From NCBI GenBank assembly GCA_012515055.1, contig JAAYZA010000318.1, positions 42,489 to 106,488 on the forward strand: a stretch of DNA of 64,000 nucleotides. The letters run 5' to 3'. The notes beneath the pieces were generated by a model, which had not been told where the DNA came from, made no database searches, and saw only the letters and a list, made by a program, of their open reading frames with translations. This DNA comes from Syntrophomonadaceae bacterium (GTDB taxonomy: Bacteria; Bacillota; Syntrophomonadia; Syntrophomonadales; Syntrophomonadaceae). Below, in pieces: positions 47,123-58,016 of the stretch. The stretch's first letter is position 1; the number at the start of each line of letters is the position of its first letter. A program made the translations under genes and the position numbers.

Positions 47123-48488
47123 TTTGGAATTGGCGGCAAAAAAAGTGCTGGTTATAGGCGCCGGAATAAGCGGCCAGGCCGCTGTCAGGGCATTATTGTC
47201 CCGGGGAGCCGATGTGACAGTATGGGATGAAAAAGACCATACTGAAATGGCCGCAACCCTGCAGGACATTGCTGATAAAATCACGGTTGTTTCCCCGCCT
47301 GCGGAAGTTAATGTTGGTGATTTTAAAATGCTTATCCTTAGTCCGGGGATCAGGACCGGGATCCATCCAGTTGTAACGGCACTGGCCGCAGGGATCCCGG
47401 TAATCAGTGAAGTGGAACTGGCTTATTTGATAAAAGACCCTCGAATCGAGATATTGGCGGTAACAGGTACCAATGGAAAAACTACCACAACAACCCTCCT
47501 GCAGGAAATACTGACTGCTGCCGGCCAGAGGTCGGCTGCCGGGGGCAATATAGGTACGGCTCTGACCGCGGTGGTCAATCAGATGGGTATCGATACAGCA
47601 GTGGCGGAGATTTCCAGTTTCCAGCTGGAAACCATAAAAACTTTCCGGCCCCATATCTGCGGCCTGCTTAATATTACGCCGGATCATCTGGATCGACATA
47701 AAACCATGGAAAACTATATTAAAATCAAAAGCAGGATTTTCGAAAACCAAAGGGCAGATGATTTTGCCATTTTAAATTATGAAGACCCGATCATAGCCAG
47801 AATCAGCCGGGAATGCCGGGGGCAAAAGATATTTTTCTCCGTGGAAAGGGAGCTTTCATCAGGAGCATTTATCAGGGACAATAAAATTATAATTAAATTG
47901 CCTGATGGTGAATCAATGGTCTGCAGCCTGGATGAAATAAAACTGCGGGGCAAACACAACCTGGAAAACATTTTATGCGCGGCAGGGATGGCAGCTGTTG
48001 CGGGAGTAGAAATGGAAACAATCGCTGCTGTTTTAAAAACCTTTAAAGGGGTTCGCCATCGTATGGAAGAAGCCGCAACTGTCAGCGGCGTATTATACAT
48101 AAATGATTCCAAAGGGACCAATCCGGAATCATCGGTAAGGGCCATGGAAAGTTTCAAGGAACCTATAATATTGATTGCCGGAGGACGCAACAAAGGATCC
48201 AGCTTTGATTTATTGGCCCGGGTCATCAAGGAAAAAGTCAGGGCTTTGATTCTGCTGGGTGAAGCCCGGGAGGATATAAAAAGCGCAGTCATGACCAGCG
48301 GGTTTACGAATATATATGAGGTAGAAGATTTGCCGGCAGCGGTAAAAAAAGCTCATCAATTGGCCCGGCCTGGTGAAATTGTTCTGCTTTCCCCCGCCTG
48401 TGCCAGTTGGGATATGTTTGATAATTATGAACAACGGGGAGATCTATTCTGTGCAGAAGTACAGCTGTTGGCGGGCAGCAGGGAATAA
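47112..48488 (+). CDS. murD: UDP-MurNAc-L-alanine--D-glutamate ligase
   Basis: VIGAGISG and GTNGKTTT motifs. Overlaps the mraY end. Confidence 0.9.
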   Translation: MCSDLELAAKKVLVIGAGISGQAAVRALLSRGADVTVWDEKDHTEMAATLQDIADKITVVSPPAEVNVGDFKMLILSPGIRTGIHPVVTALAAGIPVISEVELAYLIKDPRIEILAVTGTNGKTTTTTLLQEILTAAGQRSAAGGNIGTALTAVVNQMGIDTAVAEISSFQLETIKTFRPHICGLLNITPDHLDRHKTMENYIKIKSRIFENQRADDFAILNYEDPIIARISRECRGQKIFFSVERELSSGAFIRDNKIIIKLPDGESMVCSLDEIKLRGKHNLENILCAAGMAAVAGVEMETIAAVLKTFKGVRHRMEEAATVSGVLYINDSKGTNPESSVRAMESFKEPIILIAGGRNKGSSFDLLARVIKEKVRALILLGEAREDIKSAVMTSGFTNIYEVEDLPAAVKKAHQLARPGEIVLLSPACASWDMFDNYEQRGDLFCAEVQLLAGSRE

Positions 48489-48521
48489 GCCCATTTCAGT
48501 TGATGAGGAGGACTTAAAGGT

Positions 48522-49625
48522 ATGCGGCGGTCTAGAAGAGGGCCCCCTGATTTCATCTTATTTGTGGTGACATTGGCATTGCTGGGTATTGGACTGGTCA
48601 TGGTTTTCAGTTCCAGTGCCGTAACCACCAGTGTCAGTTTTGATGATGCCTATTATTATTTGAAAAAACAGTTGATCTGGGCTGTGCTGGGCATCATTAT
48701 CATGTTTGTGATAATGAAGATAAATTATAATCGCATCAAAGACCTGGCTGCACCTTTACTGGTAATAACAATTGTTTGTCTGGTCCTGGTCATTACTCCG
48801 CTGGGGACCGAAGTCAAGGGGTCCAGTCGTTTCCTGGGAATAGCCCCCTTTGTTTTTACTCCCTCGGAACTGGCTAAACTGGCTATGGTCATGTTTATGG
48901 CCAAAAGTCTGTCAATTAATCTGGACAAGATCCGCAATTTTAAAAACGGCTTGCTGCCCTATTTGGTTTTACTGGCTGTGGTCTGCGGTCTTATTATGAT
49001 GCAGCCGGATCTGGGGACAACAGTAGCCATTGCCGGAACCTTTATTTTAATGATCTCCATGGCGGGGGCCAATATGGCCCATCTGGGAGGGATTGCTCTG
49101 GCAGGTATGGCAGGCATTGGAGCAGCCATCGCTGTTGCTCCCTACCGGATGGAAAGATGGTATGCTTTTTTGGATCCCTGGCAATATGCCAGTGATGAAG
49201 GCTTTCAGACGATCCAATCCTTGTATGCCCTGGGTTCGGGGGGATTGTTCGGCATGGGGCTGGGCAGAAGCCGACAAAAGTTCTTTTACCTGCCGGAACA
49301 GTATACAGATTTTGTTTATGCGATATTAGGGGAAGAGTTAGGCTTTGTAGGAGCTTTTCTGGTTTTGGCCCTGTTTTTATTGTTTGCCTGGAGGGGGTTC
49401 AGAATTGCCCTTAATGCCCCGGATATATTCGGAAGTTTGCTGGCGGCGGGGATAACAGTTATGATTGTTTTGCAGGCGGCTATAAATATTGGAGTAGTAA
49501 CGGGAGTGCTGCCGGTGACCGGTATAACTTTGCCCTTCATAAGTTATGGCGGCACTTCGCTTTTGTTTACTCTGGCAGGAGTTGGTCTGCTGCTGAATAT
49601 ATCCCGATACAGCGAGGTTAAATAG
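48522..49625 (+). CDS. ftsW: SEDS-family peptidoglycan polymerase FtsW/SpoVE
   Basis: Multi-pass membrane protein with conserved PSE.AK and GG(T/S)S motifs. Position within the dcw cluster. Confidence 0.9.
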   Translation: MRRSRRGPPDFILFVVTLALLGIGLVMVFSSSAVTTSVSFDDAYYYLKKQLIWAVLGIIIMFVIMKINYNRIKDLAAPLLVITIVCLVLVITPLGTEVKGSSRFLGIAPFVFTPSELAKLAMVMFMAKSLSINLDKIRNFKNGLLPYLVLLAVVCGLIMMQPDLGTTVAIAGTFILMISMAGANMAHLGGIALAGMAGIGAAIAVAPYRMERWYAFLDPWQYASDEGFQTIQSLYALGSGGLFGMGLGRSRQKFFYLPEQYTDFVYAILGEELGFVGAFLVLALFLLFAWRGFRIALNAPDIFGSLLAAGITVMIVLQAAINIGVVTGVLPVTGITLPFISYGGTSLLFTLAGVGLLLNISRYSEVK

Positions 49626-49634
49626 GAGGCTGAA

Positions 49635-50723
49635 ATGAAGGTAATCATTACAGGCGGAGGCACCGGTGGCCATATTTATCCTGCTCTGGCCATTGCGGCT
49701 GAATTACAGGCCAGAATACCGGGAGTAAAAATATTATATGTCGGTACGGAAAAAGGTCTGGAGAGCACCATTGTGCCCCAGGCTGGCCTGGAGTTTAAAA
49801 CCGTTGATATAAGCGGCCTGGACAGAAGCTCAATGCTCAAAGCCACTAAAACCATGGCCAGATTCCCGTTGAGTTTTTTTCAGGCCTGGGATATCCTGCG
49901 TGAGTTTCGTCCGGACATAGTTATTGGCACCGGGGGTTATGTTTCCTTCCCGGTGGTTTATGTAGCTTCAGTATTGGGCTGTAAGACCATCATTCATGAA
50001 CAGAACGCTGTGCCGGGCCTGGCTAACCGTCATCTGGCCAAAAGAGCCGACCACACCTTGCTGACTTTTGCCGAGGCAAAAGAATATTTAACCGCTAAAT
50101 CGCTGCATATAACCGGATTGCCGGTGCGCAAAGAAATTGGGCAGGTGGACAAAGATAATGCGCGTAAAAAACTGCAGATAAATGAGGAGTTGTTTACCCT
50201 TATTGTTTTTGGCGGCAGCCGCGGCGCAGCCAGTATAAACAGGGCCATGCTGGAGATGATCCCTTTTATCGACGGAGAACCGATGCAGGCTATCTGGATC
50301 ACGGGGGAAATGAACTATCAGGAAATCATGAGTCAAATAAGGGACAGCCGGGGGAATTCTCCGGCAAACCTTTATATCCATCCTTATATATATGAAATGG
50401 GAGTCGCCCTGGCGGCGGCAGATCTGGCCATATGCCGGGCAGGTGCCAGCACTGTTGCTGAACTGGCCCTTCTGGGTTTGCCGGCTATATTCATACCTTA
50501 TCCCTATGCGGCTGATAATCATCAGGAAAAGAATGCCCGGGCATTAGTGGCAAAAAAAGCGGCCGATTTGGTTATTGATGAATTCCTGGATGGGGATACT
50601 TTATTCAAAAGGATCAATAAAATCCGTCTGGACAAAACCATACTGGAGAAAATGCGGCAAAACATGCTGAAAGAAGCCAAACCAGATGCGATGGAGATGA
50701 TCATGCAGGTAGTATTAAATTAG
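49635..50723 (+). CDS. murG: UDP-GlcNAc--lipid I GlcNAc transferase
   Basis: [14 protein letters not shown]-terminus and HEQN motif. Confidence 0.95.
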   Translation: MKVIITGGGTGGHIYPALAIAAELQARIPGVKILYVGTEKGLESTIVPQAGLEFKTVDISGLDRSSMLKATKTMARFPLSFFQAWDILREFRPDIVIGTGGYVSFPVVYVASVLGCKTIIHEQNAVPGLANRHLAKRADHTLLTFAEAKEYLTAKSLHITGLPVRKEIGQVDKDNARKKLQINEELFTLIVFGGSRGAASINRAMLEMIPFIDGEPMQAIWITGEMNYQEIMSQIRDSRGNSPANLYIHPYIYEMGVALAAADLAICRAGASTVAELALLGLPAIFIPYPYAADNHQEKNARALVAKKAADLVIDEFLDGDTLFKRINKIRLDKTILEKMRQNMLKEAKPDAMEMIMQVVLN

Positions 50724-50824
50724 AGTTTTTGTGCATATCTGCACGGGACGAGCTCACCATGGTGTAACCACTTTTGTTAATTGTTCATACTATAAACTGA
50801 ACACCTGAAAAGGGAGTTGAAAAA

Positions 50825-52201
50825 ATGACCGCTGAATTAAAGAAATGGATCCATATGGTTGGTATAGCTGGCGCTGGAATGAGCGGCATTGCCAGGGTTT
50901 TGCTGGAGCAGGGCATGAAGGTCAGCGGATCAGATCTACAGTTTTCCAGTACAGTGGCGAATTTACAGCAGGCAGGTATCATTGCCTATCAGGGACATTC
51001 ATCCGCCAACATGGACGCGGGGATAGACCTGGTGGTTTATTCATCAGCGGTACCCTGGGAAAATGAGGAGATCCAATGGGCAGTAAAAAACGGGATAACA
51101 GTTTTAAAAAGAGGCGAAATGCTGGGCAGGATAGTCAATGGCAAAAATACCATTGCAGTAGCAGGAGCCCATGGGAAGACAACCACATCGGCAATGGTAT
51201 ATACGGTTCTTCAGGAGTGCGGTGTTGAGCCTTCTTTTATTGTGGGCGGAGAAATACAGGGGACCAACATCAATGCCCATTTAGGTCAGGGAGACCATTT
51301 TGTAGTTGAAGCAGATGAAAGTGATGCCTCTTTTCTGGAGTTAAAACCCCGTATCGCTATTATTACCAATATTGAAGATGATCATCTGGATTATTATAAA
51401 TCGGTGGATAAACTGAATGAAGCTTTTCGACAATTCCTGACTCAGGTTGATAGTAATGGGTTTGCTTTGCTGTTTGGCGGCGATGCTAATAATCTGCGTC
51501 TCAAAGACAAAGCCAACAGCCATGTAATACTTTATGGGGAAGACCCCGGTTGTGATTATTATTTTGCTAACTGGCACAGCCAGGGAGCTGGTTCCCGTTT
51601 TGATGTTTACAAACAGGGGGACATGATCGGTTCAGCAGAAATATCTGTTCCTGGCCGGCACAATGCCTATAATGCGCTGGCAGCGATGGCGGTGGCCTGG
51701 GAAAACCAGCTGCCCTGGGAAAAAATACAGGCCGGTATCAAGAAGTATCATGGGGCTAAAAGAAGATTTCAATTTATGGGGCGCAATAAGAAGATAATCG
51801 TAGTGGATGATTATGCCCACCATCCCACCGAAGTAAAAGCAACTATTGAAGCAGCCCGGCATTATCACCCCTCAGGCCGTATCATAGTGGTCTTTCAACC
51901 CCACCGCTATTCCCGAACCAAATTAATGGGGCAGCAACTGGGTGAGGCTTTCCTGCAGGCTGATGAAGCAATCATTGCCGGCATTTATTCCGCCGGGGAA
52001 AAACCCCTGCCAGGAATCACGGGGGAAGTAGTTTTCGCTGCAGCGCGAAATACAGGTTGTCAGGCGCAATATATCCCTGACATAAATGAGATAAAATCCT
52101 ATCTTTTAAGCAATTCACAGGAGGGCGACTTGATCATAACCATGGGGGCCGGCGACATATGGAAGCTGGGTCCCGATTTGCTCAGCGCCATGGGCGATTA
52201 A
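50825..52201 (+). CDS. murC: UDP-N-acetylmuramate--L-alanine ligase
   Basis: GIAGAGMSGIA and GAHGKTTTS motifs. Confidence 0.95.
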   Translation: MTAELKKWIHMVGIAGAGMSGIARVLLEQGMKVSGSDLQFSSTVANLQQAGIIAYQGHSSANMDAGIDLVVYSSAVPWENEEIQWAVKNGITVLKRGEMLGRIVNGKNTIAVAGAHGKTTTSAMVYTVLQECGVEPSFIVGGEIQGTNINAHLGQGDHFVVEADESDASFLELKPRIAIITNIEDDHLDYYKSVDKLNEAFRQFLTQVDSNGFALLFGGDANNLRLKDKANSHVILYGEDPGCDYYFANWHSQGAGSRFDVYKQGDMIGSAEISVPGRHNAYNALAAMAVAWENQLPWEKIQAGIKKYHGAKRRFQFMGRNKKIIVVDDYAHHPTEVKATIEAARHYHPSGRIIVVFQPHRYSRTKLMGQQLGEAFLQADEAIIAGIYSAGEKPLPGITGEVVFAAARNTGCQAQYIPDINEIKSYLLSNSQEGDLIITMGAGDIWKLGPDLLSAMGD

Positions 52202-52230
52202 TTAATATTTTCCACTATGGGGGTGTTTAC

Positions 52231-53481
52231 TTGCAGGACCTGCTGATAAGAGGAGGTAATTCCCTCAAAGGACAGGTGAAAATTAGCGGCTCCAAGAATG
52301 CCATTCTGCCCATCATGGCCGCCTGCCTCCTTTCGGACGGCGAAATCATACTAAATGGTGTACCCGATCTGGAAGATATAAAGGTGATGTCTGAAGTTCT
52401 GGAAATATTGGGAGCTGTCATTAAGAGGCAGGACGATGTACTGGTGATCAATTGCTCGAGTGTTGATGCCTGCGAAGTCCCGGAATATATTTCGCGGAAA
52501 ATGCGAGCCTCCAATTTGGTTATGGGGGCGCTTTTATCCCGTTTTGGCCGGGCCCGGGTAGCTTATCCCGGTGGGTGTGCTATTGGCTCCAGACCCATGG
52601 ACCTTCATCTTAAAGGATTTATCAATCTGGGTTATGAAGTAGCTGATGAATATGGCTATATGAGCGGCTTGAAGAAAAATGCCGCCGGAAAAGAAATAAT
52701 GCTGGATTTTCCCAGTGTGGGAGCCACTGAGAATATTATTATGGCCTCGGCTTTGATCCCGGGTACAACAATCATACGTAATGCTGCTCGGGAACCGGAG
52801 ATAATTGATCTGCAAAACTTTCTCAATCGCATGGGAGCTAAAATCAGGGGAGCGGGGCTGGATTGTATTCGGGTGGAAGGTGTCGACCGTCTGGGGGGTG
52901 TGGAACATACGGTAATACCGGATCGTATCGAGGCGGGAACCTTCATGGCCGCCGCTGCCATTACCCGGGGTGATGTCTATTTGGAAAATGTGATTCATGA
53001 ACATATCCAGCCGACTATTGCCAAACTGCGGGAAACGGGCGCAGAAATTATTCTGAATGGAAGCGGCATAAGGATCATCGGAAATAAAAAAATTCGGGCC
53101 ACTGATGTAAAAACTATGCCCTACCCTGGATTTCCTACTGATATGCAGCCCCAATTCATGGCCTTGCTGTCTGTTGCCCGAGGAACCAGTGTCATTGTAG
53201 AAACCATCTTTGAAAATCGTTTTATGCATGTTCCAGAATTGCGTCGCATGGGGGCCGAAATAAAAATTGAAGGAAGAGTGGCTATTATCAAGGGGAAAAG
53301 TCATCTGGAGGGCGCTGTTGTCGAGGCAACAGACCTGCGCGCCGGAGCAGCCTTGATTCTGGCGGGTTTGTATGCAGAAGGGGAAACACGGCTGGGCCAT
53401 CTGGAACATGTGGAGCGCGGGTATGAAAATATCCATTTAAAATTGAAAAACCTGGGTGCCGATCTGGGGTTCCATCCCTAA
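52231..53481 (+). CDS. murA: UDP-N-acetylglucosamine 1-carboxyvinyltransferase
   Basis: TTG start gives [24 protein letters not shown], which aligns with the MurA N-terminus. The upstream 24 codons of ORF 52159 overlap murC. Confidence 0.9.
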   Translation: MQDLLIRGGNSLKGQVKISGSKNAILPIMAACLLSDGEIILNGVPDLEDIKVMSEVLEILGAVIKRQDDVLVINCSSVDACEVPEYISRKMRASNLVMGALLSRFGRARVAYPGGCAIGSRPMDLHLKGFINLGYEVADEYGYMSGLKKNAAGKEIMLDFPSVGATENIIMASALIPGTTIIRNAAREPEIIDLQNFLNRMGAKIRGAGLDCIRVEGVDRLGGVEHTVIPDRIEAGTFMAAAAITRGDVYLENVIHEHIQPTIAKLRETGAEIILNGSGIRIIGNKKIRATDVKTMPYPGFPTDMQPQFMALLSVARGTSVIVETIFENRFMHVPELRRMGAEIKIEGRVAIIKGKSHLEGAVVEATDLRAGAALILAGLYAEGETRLGHLEHVERGYENIHLKLKNLGADLGFHP

Positions 53482-53582
53482 ATAACGACAAAAACACCTC
53501 TTTATCCCCAGGCAATAATAATGATTTTAAACCGGATATTTGCTATAATTGTCACAGTATTTCTGCGACGGGAGAAGTTTTT

Positions 53583-54323
53583 ATGAAAAAAAACTTTTTC
53601 GGTAAGTTATTCCGACATGTTCTCGTATTATCAATAGTGCTGCTTTGCATTTATTTTTTTGCCAACAGTTCTTTTTTTGAAATTGACAAGATTTACTATA
53701 GTGGTCTTGACCAGGTAACTGTTGCAGAAATGCAGGAACTATCCAGTATTGAGACGGGAAGCAATATATTTAAAATAAACACCCGCTTACACAGCAAAGA
53801 TTTTGCCCGGCATCCCATGGTAAAACAGGTCGAAATTATAAGACACTATCCGCGCCAGATCGAAGTAGAAATTACAGAACGAGTAACCTGGGCAATCATT
53901 CCCTGTCAGGAACAATATCTTTTCATTGACGAAGAAGGGGTTTGCATTAATCAGACCATAATACTCAAACAGCTTGATTACCCTATTATCACTCTGGATG
54001 TTCTGCCCCAGCGCATTTATCTGGGACAGGCCCTGCAAACCGAAGGAATAGAGACGATCAGGCAGATATGGGATCAATTGTCGATTTCTGCCCGGGGTAA
54101 TATCTCTGATTTTCATTACTCCAGCCAGCAGCAGGAAGTTATTATTTATACCAACCGGGGAACCGAGGTCAAGTTTGGAAATCTGGAAAGGATCCAGGAT
54201 AAAGCTGCTTTTCTTACGCAGTTGATAAAAATAGAAGACGACTTGCAAAAAGAAGGGCGGGAAGCATTGCAATATGTTGACCTGAGATTTGCCGGCACTC
54301 CAGTTATTAAAATGAGTGAATGA
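53583..54323 (+). CDS. ftsQ: Cell division protein FtsQ/DivIB (TM plus POTRA)
   Basis: N-terminal TM helix, a POTRA-like region, and its position in the dcw cluster. Confidence 0.8.
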   Translation: MKKNFFGKLFRHVLVLSIVLLCIYFFANSSFFEIDKIYYSGLDQVTVAEMQELSSIETGSNIFKINTRLHSKDFARHPMVKQVEIIRHYPRQIEVEITERVTWAIIPCQEQYLFIDEEGVCINQTIILKQLDYPIITLDVLPQRIYLGQALQTEGIETIRQIWDQLSISARGNISDFHYSSQQQEVIIYTNRGTEVKFGNLERIQDKAAFLTQLIKIEDDLQKEGREALQYVDLRFAGTPVIKMSE

Positions 54324-54349
54324 TTAATTTTTGGGAAAGGTGATTATCA

Positions 54350-55072
54350 ATGAGGAGCAGAGGAGCCCAATTATCAATTGCTATCGTTTGTATTGTCCTG
54401 GGAATAATGCTGGCAATACAATTTAAGACTACTGAACGCTACGAGAAAAGCGCATCGGGTTCCAGAACCGAAGAATTGACACTGGCATTGAATACTGTAA
54501 CCGAAGAAAGAGATGTTCTGGCGGAAGAAGTCATTTCCCTGCGGGAAAAACTTGAGAATGCGCGGCAAACCGACCAGGCCATGGCGGACTTACAGGAAGA
54601 TATCATTAAAGCTAATCTTTATGCTGCTTTAATTCCCATTGAAGGGGCGGGAATTATAATTACGTTAAATGACAGTACCAGGACTTTGCAGGCGGGAGAA
54701 AGTGTAAGTGATGGTTTGATCCACGATTCGGATTTATTGATGATTGTAAATGAATTAAAAGCATCGGGGGCAGAAGCAATATCCATTAACGGTGAACGGA
54801 TAGTTGCCATGTCTGAAATCAGATGTGCCGGCACCACTATTTTGGTCAACTGGAATAAGATCGCACCGCCTTTTACGATTAAAGCCATCGGTAACCCGGA
54901 CATGCTGGAGAGCGGTGTAATGATTAAAGGCGGTTATCTGGAGTCTTTAAAAATACATCTGGGTTTTCCCGTAAATATCTCCAAAGAAGAACGGATAGAA
55001 ATACCGGCTTATAATGGCAGAGTAAAGTTTAATTATGGCTCTCCACTGGAAAAAACAGAGAAGGTGGAATAA
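54350..55072 (+). CDS. DUF881 (YlxW-like) division/sporulation-associated protein
   Basis: N-terminal TM helix, a coiled region, and a conserved C-terminal domain. Typical position between ftsQ and ftsA in Firmicutes. Confidence 0.7.
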   Translation: MRSRGAQLSIAIVCIVLGIMLAIQFKTTERYEKSASGSRTEELTLALNTVTEERDVLAEEVISLREKLENARQTDQAMADLQEDIIKANLYAALIPIEGAGIIITLNDSTRTLQAGESVSDGLIHDSDLLMIVNELKASGAEAISINGERIVAMSEIRCAGTTILVNWNKIAPPFTIKAIGNPDMLESGVMIKGGYLESLKIHLGFPVNISKEERIEIPAYNGRVKFNYGSPLEKTEKVE

Positions 55073-55075
55073 ATT

Positions 55076-55411
55076 ATGTGGTTACTGGTAATATTCTGTT
55101 TGCTGCTGGGGCTTCTGATTGGTTTTCAGATGCCCGTGGTGCTCCCTCTGGTTTTGGCCAAATACATGTCAATCGCCGTCCTGGCAGCTCTGGACTCTGT
55201 TTTTGGCGGTATCAGGGCTTATATGGAAGATGGTTTTGACAACACCATATTTATTACGGGATTTGTTACCAATGCTCTTTTAGCGGCTGGTCTGGCTTAT
55301 CTGGGTGATCGCCTGGGCGTGGAGCTTTACCTGGCGGCAGTAATTGTTTTTGGGGTGAGATTGTTCCAAAATCTGGCAATAATTCGTCGATATCTTTTGA
55401 AAAAGCACTAA
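55076..55411 (+). CDS. sbp: Small basic membrane protein (DUF1290, Sbp-like)
   Basis: 111 aa and hydrophobic, with a basic C-terminal tail (RRYLLKKH). Conserved neighbour of ftsA. Confidence 0.7.
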   Translation: MWLLVIFCLLLGLLIGFQMPVVLPLVLAKYMSIAVLAALDSVFGGIRAYMEDGFDNTIFITGFVTNALLAAGLAYLGDRLGVELYLAAVIVFGVRLFQNLAIIRRYLLKKH

Positions 55412-55490
55412 ACAAAATTGCCGGGGATTGCAGGGAAATAACCGTCTGATGTGGTATTAAAGATGAAAGCTTACATCTAAGGAGTGTACG

Positions 55491-56720
55491 ATTATCAGCA
55501 ACAGGAACATAGTCGTAAGTCTGGATATAGGTACTAATACCATAAAAGCAGCTCTGGCAGAAGTATTACCCGGTCAGGATCTGAATATATTGGGTATAAC
55601 CCGGGTGCCATCGTTAGGATTGCGCAAAGGCAGCATTATCGATATTGAAAGTACTGCCAAAGCCATTGATGAATGTTTAAATGCTCTGGAGAAACTTACC
55701 GGCATTGAAATTATGAGTGCTGTGGTAGGTTTCTCCGGCGCCAGTATTTCCATTATAAATAATCATGCAGTAGTAGCGGTAGGGAACCCTGATTATGAAA
55801 TCACTCTGGATGACAAAGAAAGAGTTTTGCAGTCGGCCCGTAATATAGGTCTTCCACCGGACAAGGTCATTGTCCATACTATAGAAAGACAATATATAGT
55901 AGATGGTTATGATGGAGTCAAGGACCCCGTTGGGATGGCAGGCAGCAGGCTGGAATGTGAAGTAGCTATTATACTGTCCGCCCTGGCAGCCATTCAGAAC
56001 ATACGGCGCAGTGCAGCCCGGATCAACCTTGAACTGGAAAGGGTTATTTATAATCCGCTGCTGGCATCTGAAGCCGTTCTGATTCCTAACGAAAAGGAAA
56101 TGGGTGTAGCACTGGTGGACATAGGGGCAGGGGTAACCACCGTTTCCTATTTCGAAAAAGGCAGCATTTTATATACAGCGGTCATCCCCGTGGGCGGTGA
56201 ATATATAACCAAAGATCTGGCTATAGTCTTACATACTTCTCTGGATGAAGCGGAACGGATAAAAATAAGCAGCGGTGTGGTCTCTCCGGAGATGGCGGAA
56301 CAGGATAAAATGATAGAGATTCAAAACCTGCAGGGACGGGAGTCCCGGCAGGTATCCCAGGAAGTTATTGCTGATATTATTTCAGCAAGGGTTGTTGAGA
56401 TAATGGAAATGGTTTATGCTGAATTAAATAGTTTTGGATGTCTGGATAGATTATATGCCGGAATTGTTTTGACCGGCGGTGGTGCTAATCTAACCGGCAT
56501 AGCCCCAATGGCGGAAGAATATTTGAACATACCGGTACGAACCGCAGTGCCCGAGAATTTAAGAGGAATAGCTACCGATTTTAATAAGCCGGAAAATGCT
56601 GCAGTTCTGGGAGGGGCTATATATGCAGCCCGGACGGTCAAGATGGAGTATGCAGAAAACTCCTTTCTGCCCGGGTTGATCAATAAACTGACAGATTGGT
56701 TCAAAGACTTATTCAGATAA
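55491..56720 (+). CDS. ftsA: Cell division protein FtsA (apparent non-canonical ATT start)
   Basis: The phosphate-1 motif [14 protein letters not shown] is encoded upstream of the first canonical start (TTG 55590). The frame opens at 55467 with no ATG, GTG or TTG before 55590. ATT at 55491 lies 6 nt after AAGGAG. Confidence 0.85.
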   Translation: MISNRNIVVSLDIGTNTIKAALAEVLPGQDLNILGITRVPSLGLRKGSIIDIESTAKAIDECLNALEKLTGIEIMSAVVGFSGASISIINNHAVVAVGNPDYEITLDDKERVLQSARNIGLPPDKVIVHTIERQYIVDGYDGVKDPVGMAGSRLECEVAIILSALAAIQNIRRSAARINLELERVIYNPLLASEAVLIPNEKEMGVALVDIGAGVTTVSYFEKGSILYTAVIPVGGEYITKDLAIVLHTSLDEAERIKISSGVVSPEMAEQDKMIEIQNLQGRESRQVSQEVIADIISARVVEIMEMVYAELNSFGCLDRLYAGIVLTGGGANLTGIAPMAEEYLNIPVRTAVPENLRGIATDFNKPENAAVLGGAIYAARTVKMEYAENSFLPGLINKLTDWFKDLFR

Positions 56721-56739
56721 GGATGGAGGAGATGGATCT

Positions 56740-57801
56740 ATGCCATTGGATTTTGATGTTGACATGCAGCAGTTTGCCGATATCAAGGTAATAGGTATTG
56801 GCGGCGGGGGCAGCAATGCCATTAACCGCATGATCGAGGCCGGTGTGAAAGGAATCGAATTTATTGCGGTCAATACAGATGCCCAGGCCCTGTATCTTTC
56901 CCGGGCAGAAAAAAAGATCCAGGCCGGGGAAAAACTGACCAAAGGCCTGGGAGCCGGGGCCGATCCGGAAGTGGGCAGAAAAGCTGCGGAAGAAAATGCT
57001 GAAGAGATCAAAAAAGCCCTGTCAGGAGCTGATATGGTTTTTGTTACTGCTGGCATGGGTGGCGGCACCGGGACTGGCGGGGCCTCGATCATAGCCAGGA
57101 TTGCCAAAGAAATGGGGGCCCTTACTGTCGGCGTAGTTACCAAACCTTTTTCCTTTGAAGGACGCAAAAGAAATTCCCAGGCGGAATTGGGCATTCAAGC
57201 CCTGCGGGAGGAAGTCGACAGTTTGATCACCATACCCAATGACCGCTTGCTGCAGGTAGTTGACAAAAATACTGCTTTTAACGATGCTTTCAAAATAGCT
57301 GATGATATTTTACGGCAAGGGGTACAGGGAATATCCGATCTGATTGCGGTACCCGGTCTTATAAACTGCGACTTTGCTGATGTACAGACCATCATGCAAA
57401 ATACCGGTTCAGCTTTGATGGGAATTGGCAGCGCCAGTGGTGAAAACCGTGCTGCCGAAGCAGCTCGCCTGGCCATTTCCAGTCCTCTGCTGGAAACTTC
57501 CATTGAAGGTGCCCAGGGAGTATTATTCAATATTACCGGGGGAGCGGATCTGACTCTGTTTGAAATCAATGAAGCGGCAGAAATTATACATACATCAGCT
57601 GATGAAGAAGCCAATATCATTTTTGGTGCCAATATTGACGAGGATTTGGGCGATGAAGTCAGGGTCACAGTAATTGCAACGGGCTTCAGTAAACCACATC
57701 CCAAAATCTCCGCCGAAAAGGCACGGCCCAGGGGTGTTGAACCGCCTCCTTTCCTGGACAGGAACGATATAGAGATCCCGCCTTTTTTAAGACGTAAATA
57801 A
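56740..57801 (+). CDS. ftsZ: Cell division GTPase FtsZ
   Basis: GGGGSNA and GGGTGTGA tubulin signature motifs, and a C-terminal DIPPFLRR peptide. Confidence 0.97.
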   Translation: MPLDFDVDMQQFADIKVIGIGGGGSNAINRMIEAGVKGIEFIAVNTDAQALYLSRAEKKIQAGEKLTKGLGAGADPEVGRKAAEENAEEIKKALSGADMVFVTAGMGGGTGTGGASIIARIAKEMGALTVGVVTKPFSFEGRKRNSQAELGIQALREEVDSLITIPNDRLLQVVDKNTAFNDAFKIADDILRQGVQGISDLIAVPGLINCDFADVQTIMQNTGSALMGIGSASGENRAAEAARLAISSPLLETSIEGAQGVLFNITGGADLTLFEINEAAEIIHTSADEEANIIFGANIDEDLGDEVRVTVIATGFSKPHPKISAEKARPRGVEPPPFLDRNDIEIPPFLRRK

Positions 57802-57849
57802 AGCGGATCAATTAATATTTTTTAATAAAACAGGGGATGAAATTTTAAA

Positions 57850-57877
57850 ACCGATCATGGATAATGGTCGGTTTTTT
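57850..57877 (+). terminator. Intrinsic terminator after ftsZ
   Basis: 8-bp stem ACCGATCA/TGGTCGGT (one G-U), loop TGGATAA, then TTTTTGATTTTT. Confidence 0.75.
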
Positions 57878-58016
57878 GATTTTTACCGGCCAATATAACG
57901 AAACCTCGCCGCAATAAAGAACAAATTCTGTAAACGACTGATGGTATAATCTGGAATACATGACCGCCTTTTTATATGCATACATATTTAAAGATATCTT
58001 CCAATAAAGAAACCGG

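Noticed and set aside
47777-48292. 171-aa minus-strand ORF, and similar antisense ORFs at 25542..26114, 9885..10469 and 18708..19169
   Set aside because: All lie inside confidently identified genes on the opposite strand (murD, aroF, fdnG, recJ). None has an SD or recognisable motifs.
50724-50824. Small palindromes (GTGCAtatcTGCAC, CACCATGGTG) between murG and murC
   Set aside because: They are short and have no U tract, and they sit within a continuous operon. They are probably without regulatory meaning.
52534-53436. 300-aa ORF on the minus strand
   Set aside because: It is entirely antisense to murA, whose plus-strand translation matches MurA from end to end. The translation is low-complexity with no motifs. 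It is a typical shadow ORF.
56709-57704. Two long minus-strand ORFs (161 and 169 aa)
   Set aside because: They are antisense to ftsZ. Their Ala/Ser/Pro-rich translations are characteristic of the reverse frame of a Gly/Ala-rich gene.
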